NCBI RefSeq assembly: GCF_006345805.1
Contig: NC_043007.1
Coordinates: forward strand, 22,568,001-22,632,000
Reading direction: 5' to 3'
Length of the DNA: 64,000 bases
Source: Octopus sinensis
Taxonomy: Eukaryota
Positions 24,415-37,579 of the stretch are shown here, in pieces. Within the stretch, counting starts at the first letter, position 1. Each line of letters starts with the position of its first letter. Position numbers and translations under genes: made by a program. A model generated the notes under the pieces. The model was not told the origin of the DNA. It saw only the letters and a list, made by a program, of their open reading frames with translations, and ran no database searches.

Positions 24415-27400
24415 GACAAATTCAAAATGTCAGCTGTTAATAGGGAGAAGGGCAGAGAGAATTCTTTGAGGGTGAAGGTGAAACGATTCAAGTGCAATTT
24501 CTGTGACAAGGCTTTCTCGACTGCTAGCAACATGCGTGAACATCAGAGGACTCACACAGGGGAAAGGCCTTACAAATGTGAGTTTTGTGGAAAAACATTC
24601 GCACAATCAAGCACACACTCCAAACATGTCCAGATCCACAGAAAAAAGGCATTAATGAAAAAATCAAAGAGTCCATCGCAGCTCGACACGGATCTATCGG
24701 CTGATGAGTTGCAACTGAGTAGAATTTCAATTCCTTCCACATCATTTGACACAGCGGCTCGTTTACCTGCTGATGAAAATTCTCCAGACCAGTACGCAAC
24801 TGTGATTGGGGATGTAGATTCTGATGTTGATGTAATCCATGACCATAGAGCGAATCCTGTCTGTGATAGTGTTGAGAGTGCTGCTATTGTACCTAATGTT
24901 GTTAACAATGACCAAATTAGACCATTTCTGTCCTATTCCCAATTACCAGAGGTATCGGATAAAGATTATGTAAAACCAGTTATTACAGGAATTTTTAAAA
25001 ATTTAGCTTGTGAAGTGATGCCTAAGACTCCACCTCTCATTGAATCCAACATGTGGAATGCAAATGAGCAGATTAAGAACGGAGACATAATCTACAGCAA
25101 TTCTGACATGAGTATATATCCACAGGGTTCGGAAACCAAATTGAAGTCATTTGGCAAATTTCCTGAGGGAAACTTGCCAAATGACTTAATTCAAAATCTA
25201 GAACCTTCTAGAACATTTGAAGAGCCCCAATCAAGAGATTTTGTAACGATATCACATAACGGAAGCAATGAGGTTATCAACATTGATGATCAGGATGAAG
25301 ATGAAGATGACAGCCAGGATAGTTTACCATCGAAATCTTTTGATGTCTGGACTAACCCTACCGGCTCAGTCGCAGGTTATTCTTTGGAAAAATCCTACAA
25401 ATGTACATTTTGTAATGAAAATTTTGTTTCTGTTGAAGAAATGGAGGAACACATCCAGTGTCACTTGACAGAGAAAGTATTTAAATGCCGTATTTGTCAT
25501 CGTGAATTCAACAAGTCTTTCTCACTTTTACAACACATACAAAGCCATAACACAGAAGAAAAGCTAAGTTCTGTGAGGCCAAGCAAATTGATGTTAAGTC
25601 CATCTGGTCAATACGAAGTGATTGACATTCAGGAGGGAAGCTGTCAGAAGATTTTGGAATCAGATAGTCCGTATGGTGCCTCTGCAAAAAGGACAGTGAA
25701 GTCTCTTAATGCCAGAATGCAGTACCTTGAAAGAGACTACAGGTCAAACAATCAGCAAAGTAATTTAAATGATCCTGGTTCCAGCAGCAGTCTAGACAAT
25801 TCCAACAGTTCATCATTTGTGGCCCTTACATTTGGGGACGCCGAGCATTCTTCGCATATTGATCTTACTCAAAATAGCGATGAGCCTGTTGGACAGTCGA
25901 AAGACGCTTACGACAGTGATAACGATGACACTAATGAAGATGTCATTCTGATAGAGCCTGATTTTCCAAAGAAAGAGACAAAGATGCAGGACGAATCGTC
26001 GGACAGTTCTTCTGAGAAACTGAATTATTTTGATAGTTACTTTGCTATGGGAGTGCAAGAACCGGGAGGTAGCAGCAATAAATCCTTGAAAGTGGAAGAA
26101 AGTGGTGGCCCCGATTACTTGCATTCACCGTTTCCTGACCAGTTGATCAAGAATTATAGTGGTTGCTCAAGAGGAGGGATTGTGACAAGTCAACGGAAGC
26201 ATAGGGAGCAGTTTGCCAGTAGGAGAAACCCGTTAAAAGTTGCATGCATGTTGTGTCCACGGAGGTTTTCGACTGCTAGTAACATGCGTGAACATATGAG
26301 GACACATACGGGGGAAAGACCGTTTGTCTGTAAAATCTGCCACAAAAGTTTCGCTCAGTCCAGCACACATTCTAAACACGTTCTCACTCATACAAAGAGT
26401 AAGATGTTCAGCTGTAATCTATGTGATAAAACCTTCACAAGAGCTAATAACTACAAGAAGCATTTACAGAAACATAGTGCCAAAGAGATTGCTGAACAGC
26501 TAGAGTCTAGCCCTGTGGTTTCCTCTAGTGATGGAACATCTAAAGGGATAGGTATTTGCTCTGAGTTTCTAAGAAATCTGCTAAAGAAGAAGAATGAAAT
26601 TGATCAAAGTAGCACTTCGCCCTTGTCTAATTCTAGTGACTTGTCCCATATTGCAGCAAACAGTTTGGAGAAGGAAGCCAAAGTTCGGTTGAATAAGAAG
26701 GATTTGCGACCGAGATTTTCAACTGGAGGGGAAAACCAAATGTACCAAAGTTACTCTTTCTCGAATAAAGGAGGGAGAAAAACCATCTTTAACAAATATT
26801 GTAAGCGTAAACTATCACCAGGGGTCAATCATTCGGCAACTGTGCAAGACCGGCAGCAGGAACTGATTGTAGGGGAGAACTTAACTGATGTTGTTGATCC
26901 CAGCATTCATGAAAGTAGGTTGACATCGATGAAAAGCAGAGTTGAAGAACTGCTGAAGACCAACCGTAATAGGTCGAGAGAGACTCAAGTGCTGTTGCCA
27001 TCTAACACGAGTAAAAGATATTCACAACGTAAAAGAGTTTCAAAATACATTCAGAAACTAAAGAACTACCGCCCCCATCGCTGTCTCTACTGTCCTCGAA
27101 CATTCTCCACTTCTGGTAATATGAAGGAGCACATGCGTACGCATACGGGCGAGAAACCTTACGAGTGTGAAATCTGCCACCGAAAATTTGCTCAGTCAAG
27201 CACTCATTCTAAACATGTCCTAACTCACTCTCACAAAGAACAGCTTACCTGTACATTTTGTTCAAAATCTTTCACCCACCCTGGACCTCTAAAATACCAC
27301 ATGTTTCAATGTTACAAAATAAATTATATGAAGAAAACGAAAAACAAACGTATATCTTCGTTAATACGGGGATCATCATCTTCTGAGAACCAGTCAGCAG

Positions 27401-28233
27401 ATAAGGAAACCAACTCTGTAGTTGCATCAAATTCAAGTTCTTCGGATGATAACAGCACTGAGCAATTACTGCCAAGAAATGCCGAAAAGGATCCTGGCAC
27501 TCCCTCTGCAACTTTTGTGGACAGTGAAAATATTTCTAAAATATCTAAGAGTATAGATTTACAAACATCAAATGTTTCAAAGGATCTTATTAAAAAACTC
27601 CCAGAAACATTTAGATTGTTAACTAAGCAATGCAATGATTTTTGGAGTGGTTCAGAAAGAAGTTCTCTTGCTGATCAAGATGAGAATTATTCCAAGAAAG
27701 ACCTGTGCATCTCAGACGTAAAATCTGTAATTCAAACCTCTTCAGATAAAGCAGAAGAGTTGTCCAATTCTTCGGAATTGGTTTCTATTTTGAACAACAA
27801 CTTGCTTGATAAAGTTATGAATGCTGATCTTGACAAAGAAGATTCTTCAGTGAAACAACAGGATTCAACAAGTTCTGCTGACAGCAAAATAACTTTTACC
27901 AGTCAAGAATCCCTTACATCATGGGCAGAAAATGAAGCCAGTCCGTTCTCTGGAATGAGTGAAAAATTAAATTATCTAAATTCTTCCAAAGAGAATCAAA
28001 TAGAATTAAACAAATCTGGTTTATTAGTTGACAGTGTTGTAGATTCAAGCAAAAGCTTGCAGCCGGTTTCTGTTGTGGATCTAAATTCACAGGAAAATTT
28101 ACCAATCAGCATTGAGAATATAAAGAAAGAAATTTGCGAAGACGATAATAGCGTCGATGCATTGTGTAATGATAAAAGAACACACACAACAACAAGAGCA
28201 AACAGGGCAATTGTGCAGTATGAGGATGATGAA

Positions 28234-28265
<32 letters not shown>

Positions 28266-31200
28266 CGATGATGATAATATGAAGCATATGTATCAAGTGA
28301 AAGTTGAAATTCCTTTCGAATCAAGTAGTTTCCAGCTGTCCATGACATCTTCTGAGAACCTTTCGACAGCCGGTGACCAGAATTGTGAAGCTGTAGATGA
28401 CATAATGGCCCTTAACAGAAACAATCAATTGATTAGTTACAAGACTGCTCCCTTTAGCTGCTCGTCTAAGAAAACAACCAAGAAGAACTTGCCTAACATA
28501 GATAAACAAGTCCGGGGTCTTAAAAGCAGTTTCCACCCTTTCAAGTGTGACTACTGCCCGCGCACATTTTCCACCAGCAGCAACATGAAAGAACACACCA
28601 GAATTCATACAGGTGAGAAGCCGTTCAAGTGCGAGTATTGTTATCGTACCTTTGCCCAGTCCAGTACACGGGCGAAACACTTATATACACACATCCGGGA
28701 TCAGAAATTTGTCTGCACCTATTGTTGTAAAACATTCTCTGATGCTGCTGACCTAAAGGTTCACGTAATGACTCACAGCAACGTCGATGATTCTACGGGA
28801 CTTCTCTCTACCAATTTTTCGGTCAAGACTCCAAGCAGCATGTCTAAAGACGAGGCGGATTGTCTTTCGGCTGATCGTTCATTACAAGATACATCAGACA
28901 CGGACATCCAGAATGATGATAGTTACAAAGAAGCAGAGTATAATAAAGATCTTGAAATCTCAGATGTTGATGATGATACTGAAACAGAGCCTGGTCGCGT
29001 CGATTGGTACCGTAAGAGTCTGGAGATTAAAGATTTAGATGATTTGAGCAAACTTCAATCAAAGAAAAATTTGGATAGCTTTCCCATTGAACTTTGCACT
29101 AAAATCAAATTAGAAAATGTTGGAGAAGATGAACCTGTCGAGGACCAAATGCAAGAAGAGGAAGCCTCAGTTGGTATTGATTCTGAGGTAAATTTGACCT
29201 TTGAATCCAATAAGGACTTGCTTAAAGTTTCTGCCAAATCACTGAAGAGTTTTGGAAATTCAAAAAGTGGCAATGATAAAAGATACTCTTCTCGTTTTAA
29301 AAAGTCAGGACTATCATCTGAATTCCCAGTCAATGTAGAATCAGGGTCTCATTCAAAATTAAACCAAAATGTAGAAAATTTGCCAAAAGTTAACAGCTAC
29401 GAGGGCTTTAGGTGTGTCTTCTGTAGTCGGACATTTTCATCGGCAAGTAATATGAGGGAACATGTCCGTACTCACACAGGCGAGAAACCATTTGAGTGTA
29501 AATTTTGTCATCGCAGATTTGCACAGTCCAGCACCCACTCAAGACACTTAAGAACCCATCTTCATATGAAAAAACACCAATGCTCTGAGTGTGGAAAATA
29601 TTTTCTACAATTACATAACCTCAAAAAACACATTCAAGTTCACCATAAAAAGAGTTCAACAGCTTTTAATGCCATGCTTCCGATATTATCCAATAGACTG
29701 GTAAGCAACACAGTAGACAAGACTATACAGTGTCAGGAGGGTTTTAATTCAACAGACAAGGATCTGAAAGTCACCACTGAAATTTTGTTGCCTTCTTGTG
29801 ATTTGACATCTGACTTTAGTAGCATCGACCATCAGGCAGAACAGGGCTCTGTTGTATTGAATACTACTATTGAAACCCCTAATGGCTCCACTAAACCATT
29901 TAAGTGTACTTTCTGTTATGAAACTTTTTCAAATGCTGTTGATTTTAACGAGCACACATACCTGCATACGACCGACGCTTCTTTTCAGGACTCTTTGCAT
30001 TCTCAACAAATATTTCAATGTTCAGAATGTGACAGAACTTTCCATAATAGCAAAGAACTTGAAAACCATTCTAAACGGCACACTTCCTTTTCTTCATCCA
30101 TTTTAATATGCAATTCTTGCAATCAGGAATTTCCAAACTCTCTTCTATTTCAACAGCATAAAATTCTTTGTTTGGCTCAGTCTGCTACTCTGAAAATGCT
30201 TCAGTTTAGTCCGCAGAAATCTGAAGATCCTTCGATGGATGAGTCTCCCACCTTCAGCCCATATTCTAATCAGCAAATTGAGGAAAGGTCTTCATTGAAT
30301 ACATATCTGAACTATGCGTTGTCACACAAAACAGTTAATACAAACCCTGAGACTGATGACTCAGCAGAATTTTTCTCACTACTAAAAGAGGCTGAGTCAA
30401 ATAAGGCAAGGGAAGATGTAGAAATCATATCAATAGCCAATCCCAGTTCACGTTTCAGTATACAAAAGCTAAAATTCACCAAAGACAATTCTTATTTGGA
30501 ATCATCAACTACTGACATGGCGTATCTGAAAAAACCATCCATTCCTGATCACCTGAAACTTTATCAGCAGCCAGTACAGTCGAATGACATGTTCAATAAA
30601 GGGACTGGATTGTCAGATAAAAATCGGTTAAAGACCCCCAGAAGTAAATATACCCATAAATGTCAGTTTTGTGCCAAACTCTTCAGCACAGCAAACAATC
30701 TTCGGGAACACGTGCGAACCCACACAGGTGAGAGACCGTTCAGTTGTCGAATTTGTCATCAAAGGTTTGCTCAGTCCAGCACACGTTCAAAGCATGAAAA
30801 AAGTGCTCATCGTGAAACCAAATTGTCGAAATTTCATCCAAACAGGTCTGTAATCAACTCAGGTAACTCTGTAGCCCACCTGTCGAGAAGCTTGCAACTT
30901 AATGATCGCCTGAGACTGCGACGAAATTGCCACAAATGTGACTTTTGTTTCAAAGAATTTTCATCTTACAAGTCTTTGTGTTTCCACAAACAAATTCATG
31001 TGAAGAAATTTGCAGTGAGACGAACAACTGTGGATTTTAAAGACAAATTAAATGTTTTTAAGACTGCCATTGTTGATACAGATTTGAACCAGAAACCCAT
31101 AATGCCAAAGATAAATGACCCAAACATTCTTGAAAGGAAACGTTCCTGTGCCAAATTACCAAATGAAATTCCACAAGTAGAAGAGTGTTTAGATAAAATA

Positions 31201-34200
31201 CGTGATAAGAATCAGAAGCTATATTCACCAGGAAACACAATTTCTGAAAACCAAGAAACAGGGTTGCCCTCTTCAATTGTTAATTTACTGAAATCCAAAG
31301 AAAGTTCTTCAGGAAACAACTATAACGATGTTAGTAACCTTAAAATATCTGATATAAAGTCTAAAAGGAATCTGTATTTGAAAACTCGAAGACTGCATCC
31401 ACGTACTCACAAGTGTAACTACTGTAACAAACTGTTTAGCACTCGAAACAACTTGCAAGAGCACGTGCGTACACACACAGGTGAAAGGCCTTTTAAGTGT
31501 TTGATTTGCCATCGCAGGTTTGCCCAGTCCAGTACTTGTTCCAAACACATGAAAACCACCCATCGATTTCACTCCAAACTTGCTTACGAACGGTGCAATA
31601 AAACCAGGTTATTTGAACCGCACACGGATTTCTCTGCTACCAACCAATCTGCAAAACTCCCCATGACTGCCAACGATAATAATACAAAGCCGCTGCCAAG
31701 GAAGAACCTTTACAAATGTGAATATTGTTCCAGAAATTTCTTTTCTTATCAATTTCTCTGTCTTCATAGACTGACTCACACCAAGAAACCATTCCAGAAA
31801 CAAATATTTCAAAAAATGCCACCTGATAATATTGTTTTATCATCTGAAAAATCTGATGAATTTTATGAAGAACACAATGTAAATTATAGAGGAGAACCCC
31901 CAGACAAAATAGTTGGTGATGGATTAATGTCTAGTAGTATGGATCCTTTATATCCTGACAATAATCACTTTAGTTACGGTTTGCAAAAAGGATATGATAT
32001 AATTCAAAATGAAAAAGTTGATAATCCATCAGAATTATCAGGGTATATGTCTTCTAACTCTGAATCAGATTTTAATCAAGCTCAAACCAAAGATTTAATT
32101 ATTGATTCTCATCAGAATCAATTTGAAAACAGCAGGAATAACTCTGGTGAGGAGAACTTACAGAAAATACAAGGTCTAAATTCACGCTTAAAAGAAAAGA
32201 AAGATAAAGTTTTACCGAAGATTTATTCTAAAAGGGATTCTGTAAGAAACCAGGAAATCGATAACGATGAAGGGGACGGTGATAGCATTTGTTGTGATAG
32301 TAACTTGAAGTCTGAAGAGAAATTGGATGAGGTAGAAGAATTACTGTTAAGTCGGCAACACAAAAATGGTAAGAGAGAGGAGGAAAATTTTAGCAGGAAT
32401 GCAACAAGTAGTAACTGCGCCAGTGTAACTGGTAGACAAGATTTGAAGGGGTCGAAGCAGTGTGGTTATTGTCATAAAATTTTCAAGAATGTGAGTAATT
32501 TAAAGGAGCATCACCGAATTCATACAGGGGAACGGCCCTTTCAGTGTTATTTTTGTGCCAAAGTATTCACCCATTCCAGTACGTGTTCGAGACACATGAA
32601 ACTAATGCATTTTCGAAAAAATGCATATGAGAGCTCAGTACCCAGTAGTGAAATTTCTGTTCCAATACGTAACAATAACTACGTACGAAGCAAAATGAAT
32701 CCCAGAACCAAAATTCTAAGACCAACTCATCATGGTTTAACCAAATCCTTAAATCACATGAGAGACGCTGAAAACTGTGTTTGTCCTAATTGCAACAGAG
32801 TCTATTCCGATGTAGCTTCGTTTGCTTTACACAAATTGTCGTGCAATATTACTTTCAGTGGAACAAACTTGTCCAAACCTTATTCCCAGAACTTAACTGA
32901 TTCACTCAACCAAATATACTTAGACATGGATCCATCTCGTAATCCTGGTTGCTTGCCTGAAAAGTCTTCCAGAAATGCCCATCGCTCAAGTCGTCGTGTT
33001 GTTTCTGACTCGAATAAATCTAATGGAAGGTGTGGGGGTACATTTAATGCAAACCCTGAAGATAGTGAAGGGGCAGGAGACCTATCAAGTCCAAGGGGTC
33101 ACTTTGATCATTTAGAAGAATTCTCTGACGAAATTCAGAAACGGTCATTGCAATTTGAAGCTGAGTGTATAAAAAAGGAATACGTCGAAGAATTGGTCAG
33201 TTTCCAATTGACCGAAGAAGACTGGGATCTAAGTCAGCTGGATTCGTCTTCTGCAGAAGTTATAAAGAATACGGAGAGAGTCAAAAAGGACATTTTCTCT
33301 GAGGCAAGTCATCTGAAGAAGAGGATCTCTCCAGACAATGTTGAACAACAAACACTTAGCATTATGGAGGCTGGCACCACTGATGATTGCAAAGTGAAAA
33401 CCAAAGTGGAGGCATCAGATTCAGGTCCGTATGAATATATAGATGCCAGTTCAACCTCAGTGGGCGATTCTGAAGAATGCTTGCAAGTTGAATCAAGGCA
33501 GCCGTCAGGACTTAGCTTTGATGATGTTATTGTTTTATCAGAAGATGAAAGTTCTGACAAAAGTGATGACAGGGAGGATCTGTCTTCAACTGATAACATT
33601 CTGGTGAACTCCGAAAATGCTGGTAAAGTTGTCAAAATGTCTAAGGGTCATCTAAAGAGAAATTTCATGAAGCCTGAAAGTGATGAGTATGGTTTGAACT
33701 TAGGATTAGATGCTCTGGACAGTGAATCAGTCGGATCTGATGAGGTAAGGATAATTCCTTCAAAGGAATTATTCAGTAAACGTTTGAAGTCTCGAAAACG
33801 GTTTCCTGCTTCGAACCGATCTGATGAAGCAATGAATAGAAAACCTTTAAAATCCACCAAGATTCAGGCATCTTGTGAATCTTTCAGAGTTTCTTCTTCC
33901 CTGCAATCCAAACAGCATATTTGCCCTTTCTGTCAGAAGTCTTACTCAAGTGCCAGTAACATGAAGGAACATATGAGAACTCATACAGGGGAAAGACCTT
34001 TTTCTTGCCAAATTTGTCTTAAGACATTTGCTCAGAAAAGCACTTTGTCAAAGCATATGAAAACTCACAAGGGCTTTCTTTCCACAGCTTTACAACACAA
34101 CCCTGACTATTTAGATTTCAGTTGTTCTCAGAACAAGGAATCGCTGAAAACCATTACATCCGATGAGGTTGATGGCAGTGTAGATATATCTAATGATGAA

Positions 34201-34740
34201 GAATTATCTCCAAACTCGCATTTATCCTCTAGTTTATTTACAACACCATATTTCAGAACAGTTTCTTTAGACATTAGTGATACCTCTAGTATTAAAGATA
34301 GTAACACTGTTAGGCAGTTGCAGTCCCATGGTTTAGAAAATGCATCACAATCTGTAGATCGTCTGCAGTCCAATGATGACCTAACTGTGACTGAGGGTGG
34401 TGTGGCTTCTGTAATCGCCAGCGGGAACCAACCTAGTACAATAGCGAACTCTTCTAATTTTGCACGCAACAAACATTCTCCCAGTCCCACCAAACAAACA
34501 ACACATTCATCCACCAAGAATTCGACGAAAGCCGACTGTTTTACCAAGCCATTTCAGTGTGATATCTGCTGTAAAACATTCACTACATCAGGAAATCTGA
34601 AAGAGCACAGACGAATTCATACAGGAGAAAGACCATTCGAGTGTCCATTTTGTAGCAGAACTTTTGTGCAAGCAAGCACACGATCACGACACGTTAAAAA
34701 CCATTTAAAACATTCAGACATTTCTCTGATTAATGCATGA
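24415..34740 (+). CDS. Giant single coding exon of a C2H2 zinc-finger protein (~3,440 aa; 29 C2H2 + 3 C2HC fingers; ten repeated finger pairs)
   Basis: Uninterrupted 3437-aa ORF 24427-34740 with in-frame acceptor TTTTTTGACAG at 24414. Ten HTGE[RK]P linkers. Acidic and Ser-rich spacers. Confidence 0.95.
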
Positions 34741-35039
34741 AACGTCAGCAATATATTTTCAATTGGAAGACAATTAGTTAAAAATCAAATTAAAAATATT
34801 GGTCAATTTCTACAAAGGGTCTTCTAATTAGTCTATTTTTCATCAATTTTCGTTCATTTTGTATTAAAAATATGTGGATCATAACCATTTTTTTCATGTT
34901 TGATGCACACCTGGCAGGGCAGATTCACATTGATTTAGTTGTTTATTTTGTAAACAATGAATGTATAGTATTGATGGTTTGATGACAGTGAATGCATGTT
35001 GTATACATACTGTAGTGTGAAGGGTACAGTGTTTTAAGT

Positions 35040-35045
35040 AATAAA
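35040..35045 (+). promoter_or_regulatory. Candidate polyadenylation signal of the zinc-finger gene
   Basis: First AATAAA about 300 bp after the stop codon. Confidence 0.4.
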
Positions 35046-35244
35046 TGAAGAATTAATGAATTCCGACAATGCTCTCTAAGAAGGTATCAAAATAAGCCAT
35101 AGTCATGTACCTCTACAATTTGTGGCTTTGTACCAATGTGGTTAGTCCACATGACTCCATAAGGAGCATAGGGCTGGTTTCTCTGGAGTATATATTCCTC
35201 CCTGGATGGGATACTGGTCTATCAGAGGATTCCTCTGTACTCTG

Positions 35245-36250
35245 TCATTTGACAGCGGCCATGCTGGAGCTCCGCCTTTAGTCGAGCAAATCGACCTCAG
35301 GACTTATTCTTTGTAAGCCTAGTACTTATTCTTTTGGTCTCTTTTGCCGAACTGCTAAGTTACGGGGACATAAACACACCAGCATCGGTTGTCAAGCAAT
35401 GTTGGGGGGACAAACACAGACACACAAACATACACACAGCCACTCAGGAGGAGGATGATGATGATGATGATCAACAGCAACAACAACAGCAAAGGTGTTG
35501 CTTATTATTTTTGGGACATCCTGTGAGGCAGTGTTTTTCCAAAGCTAGAAATGTTTTTCACAGAACACTGGAAACAAATAACCTCACATCATTAAGGCGA
35601 CGAGATGGCAGAACCATTAGCACGCTAGGCAAAATGCTTAACGGTATTTCGTCTGTTGTTACATTCTGAGTTCAAATTCCGCTAAGATTGACTTTGCCTT
35701 TCATCCTTTCGGGGTCGATAAATTAAGTACCAGTTACGCACTGGGGTCGATATAATCGACTTAATCCGTTTGTCTGTCTTTGTTTGTCCTCTCTGTGTTT
35801 AGCCCCTTGTGGGTAGTAAAGAAATAGGTATTTTGTCTGCCGCTATGTTCTGAGTTCAAATTCCGCTGAGGTCGACTTTGCTTTTCATCCTTTCGGGGTC
35901 GATAAATTAAGTACCAGTTACGCACTGGGGTCGATATGATCGACTTAATCCGTTTGTCTGTCTTTGTTTGTCCCCTCTGTGTTTAGCCCCTTGTGGGTAG
36001 TAAAGAAATAGATCATCATCATCATGTACAACCATCATGCGATGTCCAGACAAGGGTACACACAAATGCACACACGTACATACATATACAACAGGGCTTC
36101 TTTCAGTTTCCTATCAAATCCAATCACAAAGGATTTAGTCGGTACCGGGCTGTAGTAGAAGACACTTCACCAAGCTGCCAAGCAGTGGGACTGAACCTGA
36201 AACCATGTGGTCAGGAAGCAATCTTCTTAAGCACACAACCATGCATGTGC
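35245..36250 (-). mobile_element. SINE family D split by later insertions
   Basis: D 3' half at 35245-35440 and D head half at ~36060-36250 flank a SINE B dimer. Confidence 0.65.
35604..36010 (+). mobile_element. SINE family B tandem dimer
   Basis: Head AAGGCGACGAGATGGCAGAA and two bodies. Junction GAAATAGGTATTTT at 35821-35834. Confidence 0.9.
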
Positions 36251-36515
36251 CATGCCCATTTCATAAAATGCTTTTTGAGCTTTTTAAATTGAATCCAACA
36301 TGAATGCAAAGAAAGAATTCTATAGATGCAAACTCTAATTTATCTTTTCCTTAATAAAGGGATGGAGGTGAATTGCTGAGAGGTTACGGTGTTTGACCGA
36401 TGATTTTAGGATTGTGGTTTCAATTCCTGGACTGGGTGATTTGTTGATTTGTTGTGTTCTTGAGCAAAACACTTCATTTCACATTGCTCCAGTCCACATG
36501 GATGGTAAAAACGAG

Positions 36516-36749
36516 GAGGTGGTGAGCTGGCAGAAACGTTAGCACGCCAGGCGAAATGCGTAGCCGTATTTCGTCTGCCGTTATGTTCTGAGTTCAAATT
36601 CCGCCGAGGTTGACTTTGCCCTTTCATCCTTTCGGGGTCGATAAATAAAGTACCAGTTACGCACTGGGGTCGATATAATCGACTTAATCCGTTTGTCTGT
36701 CCTTGTTTGTCCTCTCTGTGTTTAGCCCCTTGTGGGTAATAAAGACATA
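36516..36749 (+). mobile_element. SINE family B, full length, nested in another tRNA/CORE-like SINE (~36368-36850)
   Basis: TSD GGTAAAAACGAG (36504-36515) / GGTAAAGACGAG (36750-36761). Confidence 0.85.
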
Positions 36750-37085
36750 GGTAAAGACGAGTAAACCTGCAATGGACTGGCATCCCATCCCAAAAGGAAT
36801 ATCTATGCCAGATGAACCAGGAAACTGGCCCTATGCTCCTCACGGAATAATGTGGACTAACCATTAATAAAGAACAGGATGGGTTGGAGACAAAAGAAAT
36901 TACTTTTAATTTAAACAATTTATTTTTTTTGTGTATGCATGTATGTGTGTGTGTGCATGGTATGTTGGTGGTTTTTCTTTGTGTGACAATCACAGATTGA
37001 GTTCTTATTACCCTGAGGTCATTAATTACTTAGCGCTTTTAAGCAGTACATTCTTCGATTTGTAGGGGTTTAGTAAAAAAGCATA

Positions 37086-37579
37086 CCGTAAATCCTCAAG
37101 TATAATCCGCCTTTTTCCCCCAAAATTTAAAGGTCAAAATCCCTAGTGCATACTATATACAAAGTTAAAAATGAAAATTATTTTCTAAGCAATGTCTGAG
37201 TCTCTATTTGCTGTCCATTTTGTGATGTCGGGTGCGAAAATACCTTAAGCTAAGCCTGAAAGCAATGAAGTCATAAAAGAATCATCCATAACTTGCAGTA
37301 AGCAACATTTATTAAACGTTATTACTGTTATTTCTTTATTTTCTGCAAACAAAATGCACAAAAAAGCTACACGTTTGCATTATGTTATATATACAATAAT
37401 AATTATAAAGGATGTTACTGTATACATTTTTACAAACCAAGGACATTATATAGACCTCCTTGACTCAAGTTAGCGAAGGGGTGCGTATTATACACAAGGT
37501 TTAGGTTTTTCAGAGTTACAGCCCCCTAAAACCCCCTGCATATTATACTCAAGGGCGGACTATACTCGGGGATTTACGG
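37086..37579. mobile_element. Tc1/mariner-pogo-type MITE
   Basis: TA|CCGTAAATCCTCAAGTATAATCCGCC ... GGCGGACTATACTCGGGGATTTACGG|TA. Confidence 0.75.

Noticed and set aside
24524-34547. Short antisense and alternate-frame ORFs overlapping the ZNF exon
   Set aside because: Expected shadows of a long coding sequence, with no independent signals.
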